Part shown: positions 24,417-39,823 of the stretch, piece after piece
How the letters are laid out: the number at the start of each line of letters is the position of its first letter
Position numbering within the stretch: position 1 is the stretch's first letter
NCBI GenBank assembly: GCA_964016885.1
Contig: OZ024746.1
Span: 73,346,001-73,410,000 of the forward strand
Reading direction: 5' to 3'
From: Eledone cirrhosa
Lineage: Eukaryota
DNA: 64,000 nucleotides
Program-made: the position numbers and the translations under genes
The notes under the pieces: generated by a model
What the model saw: only the letters and a program-made list of their open reading frames with translations
What the model was told of the DNA's origin: nothing
The model's database searches: none

Positions 24417-26612
24417 TCGACCCCAGTACTAGACTTTTTGTTATCGACCTCGAAAGGATGAAAGGCAAAGTTGACTTCGGTGGGATTTGAACTCAGAGAT
24501 CAGAGAGCCGGAACGAATTCTAACAACTCTGCCTATTCGCCGTTTATTTTGACTGTAGAAAGACAAAAACCAAATGGCTAGTTGATAAATGCCAAGAAGT
24601 TGATAAACATGAAGGCCAACATATGCAGAGCAACCTTTGGTAAAATAAAGGAGATTATAAACTGGTAATGCACGAGAAAAAGAAGTGCGAACATTATGGA
24701 GAAAAATGAAAACATACAATTTGTAAAAATTAAAACATCCCATCAGCAAATTGCATCTTGATGGGTTTAATTCATAAAAAGAATATATAATGATAAGAGC
24801 GGACCACCCGTGCATAATTTTGAGAGCTGCTGATGGAAAAAAAAAAGTAGAGAAGGTAAAATTCAAAGGAAGATTGAAATGTAGCTGGAGTAGCTGATAA
24901 CAGCACTAAAAGCATTGGATAACAGACCTAAATCTCATAACATATTTACGTAACGTAATATATATGAGAGTGGACACATACCAACCAGGATGAAATAATG
25001 TATCTTTGTTCCATTATAAGAAAGCACAAACTCAAGACTACGCAGCATGGTTGCCATATAGAAATTCAGATTTATAACTAAATCTGCTATGATAGTTAAA
25101 ATTAGCCCAAACTCTTACCGAATGGGCTAAAAGTATAGATCTAGAAAACGTGTTTTATAAAGAATTTTTTTAAGAATAGATTAAAATATAGATTTTAATT
25201 TGAAAGTGGGAAAATTCCTATGAAAACCTATTTAGCTTACCTTATAATCTAACAATATGTTATATCAAATGAGGACAGTGGATTGGCAGAATCGTTAGCA
25301 CGTCGGACAAAAGGCTTTGTGACATTTAGTTACAGCCCTTTATGTTCTGAGTTCCCGCCGTGGCCAACTTTGCCTTTCATCTTTCTGTGGTCGATAAAAT
25401 AAACTACCACTCAAGTACTGGACTCGGTTTAATCGACTTTCCCCTCCCCTCAAATTGATGGACTTGAGTCTAAATAAGAATTCATTAAGGATGGTGGCAT
25501 GGCAGTATCGAACATTTAGTTACGACTTTCTACGTTCTGAGTTCAAATCCCGCCGAGGTCAACATTGCTTTCATTCTTCTGGGGTCGATAAAATAAAGCA
25601 CCAGTTACGTACTGGATCGATGTAATTGACTCCATTGAATTGTTGGTATTATGCCTAAATTAGAAATAATTTTATTACTAGGGTCGATAGAATTGACTTT
25701 TTCCCTCCCCTAAAATTTCTGGCTTTGTGCCTGGAGTTAGAAAGGAAGAAAGAATTATTCTATCTCAATGATTGAAGTAGATTTACATGGTAACATTTGG
25801 AGTTTCTAGGCTTATTTCTGTATTTATATTAATAAAAGCTGACAATGTTGCTTGTAAAGTTTTGCCAGGTAGATTATAATTGCTGCAAAATTGATTGTCT
25901 TATTAAACGAAACTTTATAAGTGAAATATCATTGAAATACTTTATTATACTTCTTAACTGCTTTTGCAGTATTTTTTATGGCTCTTTATGTTCGGAGTTG
26001 AAGTTCCACCGAGGTCAATAATTTATTGAAATGGTACAGTAACCATTAAAGGAATTCTACCCCAAAACATTTTTATATTTAAACTCTGCTCCGACAATGT
26101 TCAGTATTAGTTTTATTGGTTCTGTCCAACAAATGCTTTTTAAAAACCGGTATTCTGCAGCAGACATGAATTCTTAGTATTCCATCATTTAGAAACTAAG
26201 TTTTATTCTTTGTCTGGCTGGAGAATATTTCTAACAAAGAAAATTGATACATTTCTTGTAATTCTTGTTTCAGCTATTTGAATAAACAGAAAACAAATGT
26301 TAGCATCGCTTTCTTATATATATTTCTACATTATTTCTTTATTTCTTTAATTTTATTTTCAAATCTACATATGGTTAGGAATCTAAATGTTCTTCAATAT
26401 AACAAGTGAAAGGTGGTGAATGACATAATTGGTAGAGCGTCGGATATAATGCTTTTCCAGTAATTTTGTGCTGAGTCGAAGTCCCGCCGAGGTCAACTTT
26501 GTCTTTCGTCTTTCCTAGGTCGATGCAATAAAGTACCAGTCAAGTACTGGTGTCGATGATTTAAACAATTTTCCTCTCTCCGAATTGCTGGGTTTTGTAC
26601 TAAATTAGAAGC
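24417..26612. mobile_element. Cluster of older, diverged copies of the tRNA-derived SINE (24417-24543 -, 25277-25466 +, 25491-25675 +, 26411-26612 +)
   Basis: Each has a B-box-like GAGTTC and the GCCTTTCATC...GTCGATAAAATAAA core. Most retain a middle segment (aatcgactttcccctccc) absent from the younger copies. Confidence 0.75.
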
Positions 26613-28485
26613 CAATATTTCAAGTCAGTACATCGGCACCTAAGATTAGTAGTTTTAGTTTATTCTCGAGTGGTTTAGCAATAATCTTCGACTCAAATAA
26701 TTTATTTACATGGTATATTTCGTCAAGAATGGAATGTATAAATAACAAATATGCGAAGTTGTTTTCATCTTTCTTTTCTATTTTTTTTTTTTTTACTCAC
26801 TCCAAGCAATGCCACTAAAATACAAGAGGTTACTGAGAATAGAGAAGGAAAAGACTGAGAGAAGATAATTCAAGGAGAGAGAAGACGATTGATGTTGCTT
26901 TTGTATTCAGTTCACAAATGATTTTAGTAGTGAAGCATTTTTCAGTATTTTAGTAGTGAAGCATTTTTCAGTATTTCTCATAATGTGAAAAGGGTTTCTA
27001 TTTCAAGATATTGGGTTATTATTCTCTCACAAACACCACCTAGGCTGGTAGTTTACGAAACTTTTAGTTGGTTTCCCCATCATTAATTACATGGTATATA
27101 GCTTTAGAATCTAATTATCTAAATCATATGTTCTAAAACTTGTTTTGCCGTGCAGTGGAACCATTATACCATACAATGTTTCCCAAATCACTGAACCATT
27201 ATACAATTTTCCAAAAATTGTAGAACCGATACCTATATTTACCAACAATCTCCAGCATTCTAATTTTAATAAAATATTAAATGAAAAAGAGGAATTGTTT
27301 TAGCGAAAGAACTTATATTTAAGATTAAAAAAAAGACAAAAAAACATAATGCACTTTTATTAAAAGATATCGTATCTCACGAAACCATAGAGTTCTTCGG
27401 AATCCATTTTGGGAAGCACTTGTTTAAGTTAAGTGATGAAAGGAAAACCATTTTTATATTTCTGATAAATGAATTTCAGGTTTCAGAACAAGCATAAAAC
27501 GCCGCTAACTGAAGTGAGTAATGTATAAATCAAATTATAATAATTTGAGGGTACTAGCAATATCACTAACAACAGCTACAAGTGTATATAGAGATATGTA
27601 GAGATAACTCATTTATATGTTTATATAGCAAGCCAAAGCATATTCATGATACTAAAACTTCTAAACTTTCCATCAAGTTGTCCTCAAAATGAGCATTTAT
27701 GACGTTTTCTTATCACTTCTGAACACCAAGTACAGTAGATTCTTAATTTGAAAGTAATATTACTATTATCAATATTATTTTCACATACATCAACTAAATG
27801 TTTACAATTCATTATTGCACCACATAATCTCAATTGCATTTAGACTTAACATATGGAAGTAATGACGCTGTTTTCATATGATTAGGCAGAGTATGTTTTA
27901 TCATGTCCCATATGTTAATATAATCGGAGTATTTTGCATATATCATACTCGCAAAATTTACAACGAGCCAACCTAGTATTTCTTTCAGTCACAACTAACT
28001 ATTTTTCACAAGATTTCTTTCTAAGCCACTCACTTCCAAAATTTTGATTATACTGCATTTGTAAAGTTATTTAAAAGTTACAAAAAAATTGATAGTTTAA
28101 AACGTTTGAAGAAAAACTACATTTACTGAACAATTTGCAATTTTGCTATCACCAATGCGTCTTTCCACTCATCTAAACTGCAACTGAACCAACTTTCTCG
28201 TATATACTGTTAAAAGTGAAAATTTCAAAATGGAAGCTTAAAATGAAACTTAAGAAATTGAAAGATTTGTGTTTTATTTTCTTTCTGAAAAGTTTAAGAA
28301 TTAGTAACGATGAAAAACTTATTCACACAGAGAGGCACAATTTATAATAAATGAAAACGAAATATTTAAAATGATATATATTTTAAAAAGAGGATAAAAA
28401 AGAAACCATACAAGTAAAACGATATATTTTGAAGACTATAGAAGATAAAAAGTTTTATGTTTAAGCATTTAATTGGGAAAAACTT

Positions 28486-28676
28486 CTACATAACATCGAC
28501 TATTTGTAATTCAATTTCAGGATATAGGGGAAGCATTTTTAATGTATTCCCTGTGAGGCGTGCATTAGCCACATGGAAAAGATACTTATTCATATTTTCT
28601 CCTATATCAATATTATTTTTTTTAAAGATTCTTAGAAATGAGCTGCCTGAAAACATTTCTGCATATAACCCATGAC
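28486..28676 (-). CDS. Possible terminal coding exon of an unidentified host gene
   Basis: Pyrimidine-rich acceptor ...ctcttgaattgcag| followed by 62 open codons HGLYAEMFSGSSFLRIF...YLFHVANARLTGNTLKMLPLYPEIELQIVDVM* in non-repetitive DNA. No homologue recognised. Confidence 0.25.
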
Positions 28677-30199
28677 CTGCAATTCAAGAGGGTGATACAG
28701 AAAAGGATAATGTGAATTTTGTGTTGTTTCAATGTGTGTTTTATTGTTTTTAATTTAGTTTTTTCTCTCTCTCTTCTTTTTAAAAATATATATCATTTCG
28801 AATATACTGTTTCATCGTCGTAATAGATATAATTTTCATTTATTTTGATACAAGGTGCAACTAAAAGAATTGTGTCGTTTTTTTTTTATTATATGACATA
28901 ATAATTTAAATATATAGTTTTCATTTGTTTTAAATTAGAAGAGGGGAAATAATTATATTGTTGATTTTAATATGTATCGTTTTAAATATATCATGTTTTC
29001 AGAATATCACCCGCAAACAATACAAAGCTTTTAATGTTTTAAGATTCTATTTAAGCTTTCACTTTCCTAAATTTTGATTTTTAATTCAATAAACAAAATA
29101 TTTGTTTCGCTTTAAGTGAGGAAAAAGACTAATAAGAATTGCCTATTACACCAAAGTACAGTGTTCTGGGTGCAGGCTGCTGACAGCCTCAACTACTCTC
29201 TAACTCATTTTAACTATAACCACTGCACAAATCATAAGTACAATTAAGCATGCTGTAACAGTATTGCAACAACTGATCTGGCATGTTATTAACATGTCAA
29301 ATACATGTACACAGTTTTATATTATTCACCAGCAAATATAATTACCAAATTAAAAAAATTACATCTATTAAAACAGTTGCTTCACGGAATGTAATGTTAT
29401 CGTCATATATAACACATTTTAGCTACTACATTTTTCTGGATTGATTTCCACAAAAATTATATTTTTTTATATATAACTTTTTTCCCAATTTTTCCCTACC
29501 TTACAAAAACAAACAAACAAAATTCCACAAATCTGCGAATAATTCTCATAGTGGCAACATTGGGCTACATTCTGAGATAAAATATCGAATATAACTATTC
29601 CAAAACTTTTTTATGTAGTTAGCTTTATCTCATGGAATCTGACAAGGTCATCTGATTAAAAAAAAAAATTAACAATGATAAACTTTAAATTAACTAGATT
29701 TATGTTTATCTGCTAGGTGACTATTTTCATTAGTTAGATCTAGCAAGGAATTTGCAAAATTGCTAACACTGCCGCACAGATTTTAAAATGAACTATATAA
29801 TTAAACTATAATCGCAACACAGAACGCATCAAATCCCTAATTAAAATCTGCCAAGAAATGACAGGTTTATCTAAATTTAAAACTAATTATTTTCACTAAA
29901 TCACACAACTAGTACATTAATAGAAGCGGGAATTAAAACCTAATAGGACATGGAATGTGTACTAAGTACACAATGCCTAAAGGAGAGTGGAATACGATTT
30001 ATTTTGTGTTTCTACATCACTGGGTCACTAGATATATTTATATATGAGTTTACATGAACTTCTCTGTGTGTGCGTTTGTGTGCATTCGAAGATAAATATC
30101 GTGTTAGACAATCACACCCGTGTTATGTTCACTATCAGAAATTCAATGAATCATTGCCTACTACATTCGAAGCCGCTATTATTCACTTAGAAGATTGTT

Positions 30200-30420
30200 G
30201 TTATGATTGTACTTATATGCAGAGCATATTTTAGTAGCGGTAGAAGAGGCGAGAGAAGAAACAGCACATCTAAGAACCGATGGTTCCAAATCTTTACATA
30301 GGAGCTAGCTCTGTATAGTGTAAATGGATGAAGTATTTGGAAAATGGGAGAGAAAGCAGACAAATTTAGATAACTGGGATATATAAATTTTGAATCAGAA
30401 TAACTGCTGCTGAAATCTAA
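30200..30420 (+). pseudogene. Highly degenerate LINE reverse transcriptase fragment
   Basis: YAEHILVAVEE (YADD-like) and EKADKFR*LGYI (FxYLG-like) remnants. Confidence 0.4.
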
Positions 30421-30795
30421 GTAAAAGAGGTCAGTAGCATAGAAAAAGAATTCTACATATGTACAGAGTAAAACATGCATAAAATAAATAGGAATGACCT
30501 TCCAGAATAAAACATGCATAAAAGAAATAGGAATGACGCATAGAAGAAGGAGGATTTATGTCTTAATTTGAATAGAATGTATAGTTTGTGTTGCTTATTG
30601 TTTTTTTAATCCTAGACAAGCCCTGTCAGGGCAAACCTGGTAACAAGGATGTTTCAGCTATGAAAACCCTGTCTCAATTACAGCACATATACGACCATAT
30701 TATCCAATAAAAGTGTGGGTTATGATTTGAGGGCGATTTGATTGCAATTTATAACAAGTCAATTGACTTCACACAGTTCTCCCTCGTTTATTTAT

Positions 30796-30908
<113 letters not shown>

Positions 30909-31962
30909 ACGTGTGACTATGCGAGCTGTGTGAGTTTACGACAGCTTGCATTCTCGTGGGAGAGAAATGTCCTTCAGTTATTTTTGGGCTTTATTTCATT
31001 TATTATATTTTCGTGAATTGGTAAGTAAAAACCACGGCTATATAGTTTCCCTTCTTCCCCAATCGATCGCTGTAATTAGCACTACTGCTGAAAGTCAGTG
31101 TATTGGGATTTACTTTCTTATTAATCTAGAATCTCAAAGAATTTTTAAAATACTATATAATACTTTTTATATCAGTAGTTTTAACGATGTACATAAATCC
31201 CTCCTGGTCAGTGTTAAAACACTCGATAACTATTAGAACATGATGCAGATGAGAATATCTGGCGGCAATATATGATAGATTATTGCAGATGGATTATGAA
31301 CTAGTGCTCTGTATTATCATATATTATTATCAACACATCTATGGCTTCATAAGATTGTATGGTTACTATCATCCGATTTTGACAGCTTGTAAACAAATTG
31401 TGTTATATTGAAACATACTGCTATTCTCGAAATGTAATAGATAACTGAGAACCAAAGGCTTCTTTCTATATTGTTAGTAGGTAAAAAAAAAACAAAAAAC
31501 AATCTGCCTGTTTCAACTAAATCATATAATATTATTTCTAGCGTAGACACAAGGAATCAGATATTTAGAGATTCGATATCCATGTGTACAACGTACATTA
31601 TATTAGTTTCTTTCTATATTTTGTAATACATTGTATTCTATGAAATACAATATATTTAATAGCATACCTAGTCACCCCCCCCCTCCCCCTAAAAGTGAGT
31701 GTATGTTTGTTAGAGTTCTGTCGGCGAGTGATACAGTTATTCGAACAACGGAAAAGCCTGCTCATGAAATTAACTTGCAAGTGGTTGAGTATTCCACAGA
31801 TAAGTGCATTCTTAACGTAGTTCTCATGGTGTGTGACCCTTTGAATTCCATGTACGACTCAGTTTTGCCTACTGAATGTACTGGAGCAATGTGAAATAAA
31901 GTGTTGGGAATCGAACATCCTAGTCACTAAGCCATACGCATCTACAAACGCCCATACAGAAT

Positions 31963-31996
<34 letters not shown>

Positions 31997-32021
31997 CTAT
32001 ATATATATATATATATATATA

Positions 32022-33065
32022 TATGATAATAATGGAGCTGCGGCGTTGCAAATGGGTTACATATAAAAAAGGGGGGGAGTCCTTCATCAGTGACCCTCCA
32101 ACCGTCCCAGGCATTTCATCGCTTTAAGGGCCATATACCTCAGGTTGGTGCGAACAACGGCTAAAAAAAGTCGTTGGGACACGTAAATAAAGAGAACGTT
32201 AGGGTGAACAAACAAAATGGTTTAAGCAACAGAAAGTGAGAGGAAAGAGACAAGTCCCAGATTTCTATGAATATAAACTCGATAAAATCGTGAACTACTA
32301 GAGAATAAAGACCATCGGACCTGGTTGAAATGTGAGTAAGGAAGGAATTTCTCACAGGCCTAACGGGAGGAAGAAGAAGAAGGGGTCTGGTCTGCGAATT
32401 CGGTAAACATAAGTTTTGTGAAGACGCAGACGAGAGGGAGAGAAAAAAAATTCATACCGGCTTGGCCAAGAGTGCGCGAGAAAAGGAATCGGACAGGTCA
32501 AGCGGGAAGAAAGAGGAGTGGAGGAGAGGTAGTGACAGGGTATGAGTGAGTGAAAGTTGAGGAAGAGGCTAACAGAGAGAGAGACTGCTAGAAAGGGTAA
32601 AGATACAAAGAGAGAAACAGACGGGTGGCAGCAGAGGAAAAAATATGTGTAAATATGATAATAATGGAGCTGCGGCGTTGCAAATGGGTTACATATAAAA
32701 AAGGGGGGGAGTCCTTCATCAGTGACCCTCCAACCGTCCCAGGCATTTCATCGCTTTAAGGGCCATATACCTCAGGTTGGTGCGAACAACGGCTAAAAAA
32801 AGTCGTTGGGACACGTAAATAAAGAGAACGTTAGGGTGAACAAACAAAATGGTTTAAGCAACAGAAAGTGAGAGGAAAGACACAAGTCCCAGATTTCTAT
32901 GAATATAAACTCGATAAACCATTTTGTTTGTTCACCCTAACGTTCTCTTTATTTACGTGTCCCAACGACTTTTTTTAGCCGTTGTTCGCACCAACCTGAG
33001 GTATATGGCCCTTAAAGCGATGAAATGCCTGGGACGGTTGGAGGGTCACTGATGAAGGACTCCCC

Positions 33066-33078
<13 letters not shown>
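32022..33078. mobile_element. Non-coding ~632-bp unit: 1.4 tandem copies plus an inverted partial copy, in (TA)n (family D relative)
   Basis: 32022-32287 is repeated almost exactly at 32654-32918. 32919-33078 is its reverse complement. Confidence 0.85.
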
Positions 33079-33143
<65 letters not shown>

Positions 33144-33184
33144 CGAAACATAAGTCAATTGCATGAACTCATAATCCTTTATTT

Positions 33185-33240
33185 ACTGCTATATATATTT
33201 CGATGATAGCCATTGAATGGCTATGACCTCATCAGGCAGT
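33185..33240 (-). ncRNA. Type I hammerhead ribozyme downstream of a decayed PLE endonuclease end
   Basis: actgc-CTGATGA-ggtc atagccat tca atggctat catc-GAAA-tatata-TA-gcagt. Upstream on the same strand is an LPDGLN remnant (~33425-33445) typical of PLE GIY-YIG C-termini. Confidence 0.82.
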
Positions 33241-34084
33241 TAATCAGTTCTTAGATATGCCAGCTCTGTGTTTATAGTGTTGATGGTATCAGAGCCTTGG
33301 GACATATGAGCTTGTTAGGAATAATTTAATGTTGTCACCAGGAATAATCTTAATTCTCATTGGTCAGTTTGTAGATGCTAGTAGGGTTGGTATTTGACCT
33401 CAAAGAGGCAAGTGGTGTTGTAAAGTTCAAACCGTCAGGCAAGATGACAATAGTTCCATATGACTGATTTTCACAAAAAGCATTCCTGGTCAGATATATA
33501 TTCAATTGAGGTTTATAGTATGAAATTCGATACTACAGGTCATTCTTAAATTGAGGAATTTATGTGGGGTGGTACTACTGAAAATTATGGTTAGAGTCAA
33601 ATACGAGAAAGTTTACATATAAAAAGACTTATGTTGGTTGACTTGCACATACACTCACACCTACCCCCACAGACACACATACACACATCTACACACACAA
33701 ATCCATACAGGTGTGTATATATATGTATGTACGTACAAGTGCATATATATATATACAACACAGGCCCCCAAATCCAAGTATAAGGCAGACATAAAACGAG
33801 GTGGGTGTTATTTTAAAGAAAAGTAAAGTGGGTGTTTGGAAAAGTTATTGTTTAGACTAGACAAAAGTAGAGTGTGATATATATGTGTACCTATATATGT
33901 CTGTACTAAGGGATTCGCCTAAGCTCCAAAGCCCCCAAGCTATTGCTGTGAAGACATATATAGGTACACGCACCCACCCACACTTTTATACCTCTGGATG
34001 CTTGTGTATCTCTATATACACATGTGCACTCATACAAGAGAGCATATACAAATATACTCTTAAGCATACACTCGAACATTTTTC

Positions 34085-34167
<83 letters not shown>

Positions 34168-34982
34168 TAATTTGACTTCGGCGATATTTGAACACGGAAT
34201 ATTAAAATATTTTTTCCGACGCTTTAACTGTTATGCCACTTAAACTCTAAGTTAGCATTAAAGAAAGGGTGATGGATTAACGTAATTCGCAGTACATTGG
34301 ATTTAATACTTCCTCTTGTTTAGCTGCGCCAATTGATACTCTGAATTTGAATCCCTCCGAAGTTGGCTTTCACTTATATAATTCTGGGGTTGACAAAATA
34401 AGTTCCATCAAGGTACCGCCATCGTTATAGTCGACGGTTCTTTCCCCCATGTGTGACCTTATGCCTAAGCTGGATATTAATATAAAATAAGAAATAAACG
34501 AAAGCCACAGGAAATAAGTGATGGCCTGGGAGAGCACAGATAAAAATCAATTCATAAAATTTGTAAAATAAGATAAGTTCATATTTCGTTAAGAGAGGTC
34601 AATTCTGTTTTTTTTTTCTTTTTTAAGGAACCCTTCTTTGAGGAACTATCTTTCAGAAACGTCAAAACTTATCTTTCTCCTCACAACACACAAGCTAGTG
34701 TTAGTTACATTGTAGCAATCATAAAATCGCTACTGTTTTCGGTAGTTATTTGCCAGAGCTCGGTGAAATGGACCACTTAAAGTATTTATCTTTACTAGTA
34801 ATACAGAATGCGAGCTGTTCACTAACAGGTCGGTAAACCAGTATTTTAACAACGCAAGGGCAATTGATATCCTATGTATGAGTGAAAACAATATATAAAC
34901 AACTAAACTGAAATCGTTATATAAAGAAATTTATACGTCAGTGGGAATATATTTTTTTGCTCCCGTTCTTTGGCTACAATAT

Positions 34983-35098
34983 TTATTTCTACTTTTGGCA
35001 CAAGGCCAGCAATTATTCCGGTACATTACTGGTACTTTAATTTATCGACCCCGTAAGGATGAAAGGCAAAGTTAACCTTGGCGGGATTTGAACTCAGA
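34983..35098 (-). mobile_element. tRNA-derived SINE, 5'-truncated
   Basis: Core and tail match the consensus. Similar fragments at 41380-41476 and 51783-51843. Confidence 0.8.
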
Positions 35099-35544
35099 CC
35101 ATAAAGGGCCATTAAAACTAACTTTTAGTCCGGAGTGTGTATGTGTGTGTTGGTGTTTGTGTGTGTGTGTGTCTCTGTGTGTGTGTTGGTGGTTGTGTGT
35201 GTGGTTGTGTGTGTGTGTTTATGTATGTGTGTTGGTGTCTGTGTGTGTGTGTTTGTGTATGTTGGTGTGTGTGTGTGTGTGTGGTTGTGTGTGTGTGTTT
35301 ATGTATGTGTGTTGGTGTCTGTGTGTGTGTGTTTGTGTATGTTGGTGTGTGTGTGTGTGTGTGTGTGTGTTTGTGCTGGTGTTTTTGTGTGTGTGTATGT
35401 GTGTGTGTGTGTGTTATTGTGTGAGGTGAGAGGAAAACAATTTGTTTTCTGTTTCCCTTTCCAGTTAGTTTGCCGTATAAGGGGTTCGTCAAAAACCACG
35501 TCTTTCATTTATGAACATAGCAAAGATCTCTTTCCGCCCGCATT

Positions 35545-35587
<43 letters not shown>

Positions 35588-35744
35588 GCATATTAAAGGT
35601 TGGAATCTTAATCTTATAGATCCAAAACAGGAATAAAAAACAACATATATTCCCACTTACATCTGAATATGAAAGCACAGCCACAACCTCTGGAAGAATA
35701 ATAGTGAAGAAGAGCATGAAGAGGAAAAAGGAAAAAGAAGGATA

Positions 35745-38700
35745 ACACACCCACACACACAACCACTACACCACACACTACACGCACACACACACACAGC
35801 CACTACACCACACAATACACGCACACACACACACAACCACTACACCACACAACACACGCACACACACACACAGCCACTACACCTCACAATACACGCACAC
35901 ACACACACAACCACTACACCACACAATACACGCACACACACACACAACCACTACACCACACAACACACGCACACACACACACAGCCACTACACCACACAA
36001 TACACGCACACACACACACAACCACTACACCACACAATACACGCACACACACACACAACCACTACACCACACAATACACGCACACACACACACAACCACT
36101 ACACCACACAATACACGCACACACACACACAACCACTACACCACACACACAACCACTACACCACACAACACACGCACACACACACACAGCCACTACACCA
36201 CACAATACACGCACACACACACACAACCACTACACCACACAATACACGCACACACACACACAACCACTACACCACACAATACACGCACACACACACACAA
36301 CCACTACACCACACAATACACGCACACACACACACAACCACTACACCACACAATACACGCACACACACACACACACAGCCACTACACCACACAACACACG
36401 CACACACACACCACCACTACACCACACAATACACGCACACACACACACAACCACTACACCACACAACACACGCACCCACACACACAACCACTACACCACA
36501 CAATACACGCACACACACACACAACCACTACACCACACAATACACGCACACACACACACAACCACTACACCACACAATACACGCACACACACACACAACC
36601 ACTACACCACACAATACACGCACACACACACACAACCACTACACCATACAATACACGCACACACACACACACACACACAACCACTACACCACACAACACA
36701 CGCACACACACACAACCACTACACCACACTACACCGCACAACACACGCACACACACCCACACACAACCACTACACCACACAATACACGCACACAGACACA
36801 CAACCACTACACCACACAATACACGCACACACACACACAACCACTACACCACACAATACACGCACACACACACACAACCACTACACCACACAATACACGC
36901 ACACACACACACAACCACTACACCATACAATACACGCACACACACACACACACACACAACCACTACACCACACAATACACGCACACACACACAACCACTA
37001 CACCACACAACACACGCACACAAACACCACTACTACACCACACAACACACGCACACACACACATAACCACTACACCACACAACACACGCACACACACACA
37101 CAACCACTACACCACACAACACAAGCACACACACACCACCACTACACCACACAACACACGCACACACACACAACCACTACACCACACAATACACGCACAC
37201 ACACACAACCACTACACCACACAACACACGCACACAAACGCCACCACTACACCACACAACACACGCACACACACACACAACCACTACACCACACAACACA
37301 CGCACACACACACACACACACACCCACTACACCGCACAACACACACACACACACAACCACTACACCACACAACACACGCACACACCCACTACACCGCACA
37401 ACACACGCACACACACACACAACCACTACACCACACAACACACGCACACACATACACCCACTACACCGCACAACACACGCACACACACACACAACCACTA
37501 CACCACACAACAGACGCACACACACACCACCACTACACCACACAACACACGCACACACACACACAACCACTATACCACACAACACACGCACACACACACA
37601 CCCACTACACCGCACAACACACGCACACACACACACACAACCACTACACCACACAATACACGCACACACACACAACCACTACACCACACAACACACGCAC
37701 ACAAACACCACCACTACACCACACAACGCACGCACACACACACACACCCACTACACCACACAACACACGCACACACACACACAACCACTACACCACACAA
37801 CACACGCACACACACACACAACCACTACACCACACAACACACGCACACACACACACCCACTACACCGCACAACACACGCACACACACAAACAACCAATAC
37901 ACCACACAACACACGCACACACATACACCCACTACACCACACAACACACGCACACACACACACAACCACTACACCACACAACACACGCACACACACACAC
38001 AACCACTACACCACACAACACACGCACACACACACACCCACTACACCGCACAACACACGCACACACACAAACAACCAATACACCACACAACACACGCACA
38101 CACATACACCCACTACACCGCACAACACACGCACACACACACACCCACTACACCGCACAACACACGCACACACACACCACCACTACACCACACAATACAC
38201 GCACACACACACACAACCACTACACCACACAACAGACGCACACACACACCACCACTACACCACACAACACACGCACACACACACACAACCACTATACCAC
38301 ACAATACACGCACACACACACAGCCACTACACCACACAACACACGCACACACACACCACCACTACACCACACAATACACGCACACACACACACAACCACT
38401 ACACCACACAACACACGCACACACACACACAACCACTACACCACACAACACACGCACACACACACACACACCCACTACACCGCACAACACACGCACACAC
38501 ACACACAACCACTAAACCACACAACACACGCACACACACACACCCACTACACCGCACAACACACGCACACACACACACAACCAACACACCACACAACACA
38601 CGCACACACATACACCCACTACACCGCACAACACACGCACACACACAACCACTACACCACACAACACACGCACACACACACACCCACTACACCGCACAAC

Positions 38701-39003
38701 ACACGCACACACACACCACCACTACACCGCACAACACACGCACACACACACCACCACTACACCACACAACACACGCACACACACGCACAACCACTACACC
38801 ACACAATACACGCACACACACACACAACCACTACACCACACAACACACGCACACACACAACCACTACACCACACAACACACGCACACACACACATAACCA
38901 CTACACCATACAACACACGCACGCACACACACAACCACTACACCACACAACACACGCACACACACACCACCACTACACCATACAATACACGCACACACAC
39001 ACA
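35745..39003. repeat. CA-rich minisatellite, ~33-43 bp unit AACCACTACACCACACAA(C/T)ACACGCACACACACAC
   Basis: Direct reading. The unit length varies through the (CA)n part. Confidence 0.95.
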
Positions 39004-39074
39004 TCTATATATATATATTATGATTTCCTTCGAATGAAACAGTTCTAGTCCTGTAGAAGCCATTTCTATATTAA

Positions 39075-39112
<38 letters not shown>

Positions 39113-39129
39113 ATATATATATATTTAGT

Positions 39130-39321
39130 TGACAATGCGCTCAGTGCTCCTTTGGGAACCCCTACATGGACACACTAGAAGAGGAAGACCAAGGTTAACA
39201 TATGTTGATGCCCTAAGGACAGACACTGGTCTGTTGGAGATGCAGGATATGGCAGCGATAATGAGGGACAGAGACCGCTGGAGAGAACTCGTCCATGGAT
39301 CTCGGGAATTTTACCCGCCTT

Positions 39322-39323
<2 letters not shown>
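39130..39323 (+). mobile_element. 5'-truncated RTE-clade LINE 3' end
   Basis: VLLWEPLHGHTRRGRPRLTYVDALRTDTG...MRDRDRWRELV is the characteristic RTE ORF C-terminus. It ends in (TA)n. Confidence 0.85.
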
Positions 39324-39407
<84 letters not shown>

Positions 39408-39732
39408 AATAATTATTAATTAATTCTATCGTGCAATGCCTGTGCGTGAAGATATTTTTTTAAAGTGAGGAAAGACTGTGCACTGAGCCAATCCCACTCT
39501 CTGAGCGACAGTAGCTATAACCCGAAAAGAAGAAAAGATCAACATCATCGGTAACTACTGAGCCGCAGGTTTTATATCGGAGTTACCCCAGTTTCCTGAG
39601 TTGCCTTCTCCTAGAAGAATGCCCTGACAAAGGGTAGGGGTCCTTCATTCCCAGTGGTTTAACTGCGCGGTACATGTGTATATATATATTTACACACTTT
39701 TGGATGGCCGTTGACGTTTATGAGTTCTTCCG

Positions 39733-39818
<86 letters not shown>

Positions 39819-39823
<5 letters not shown>

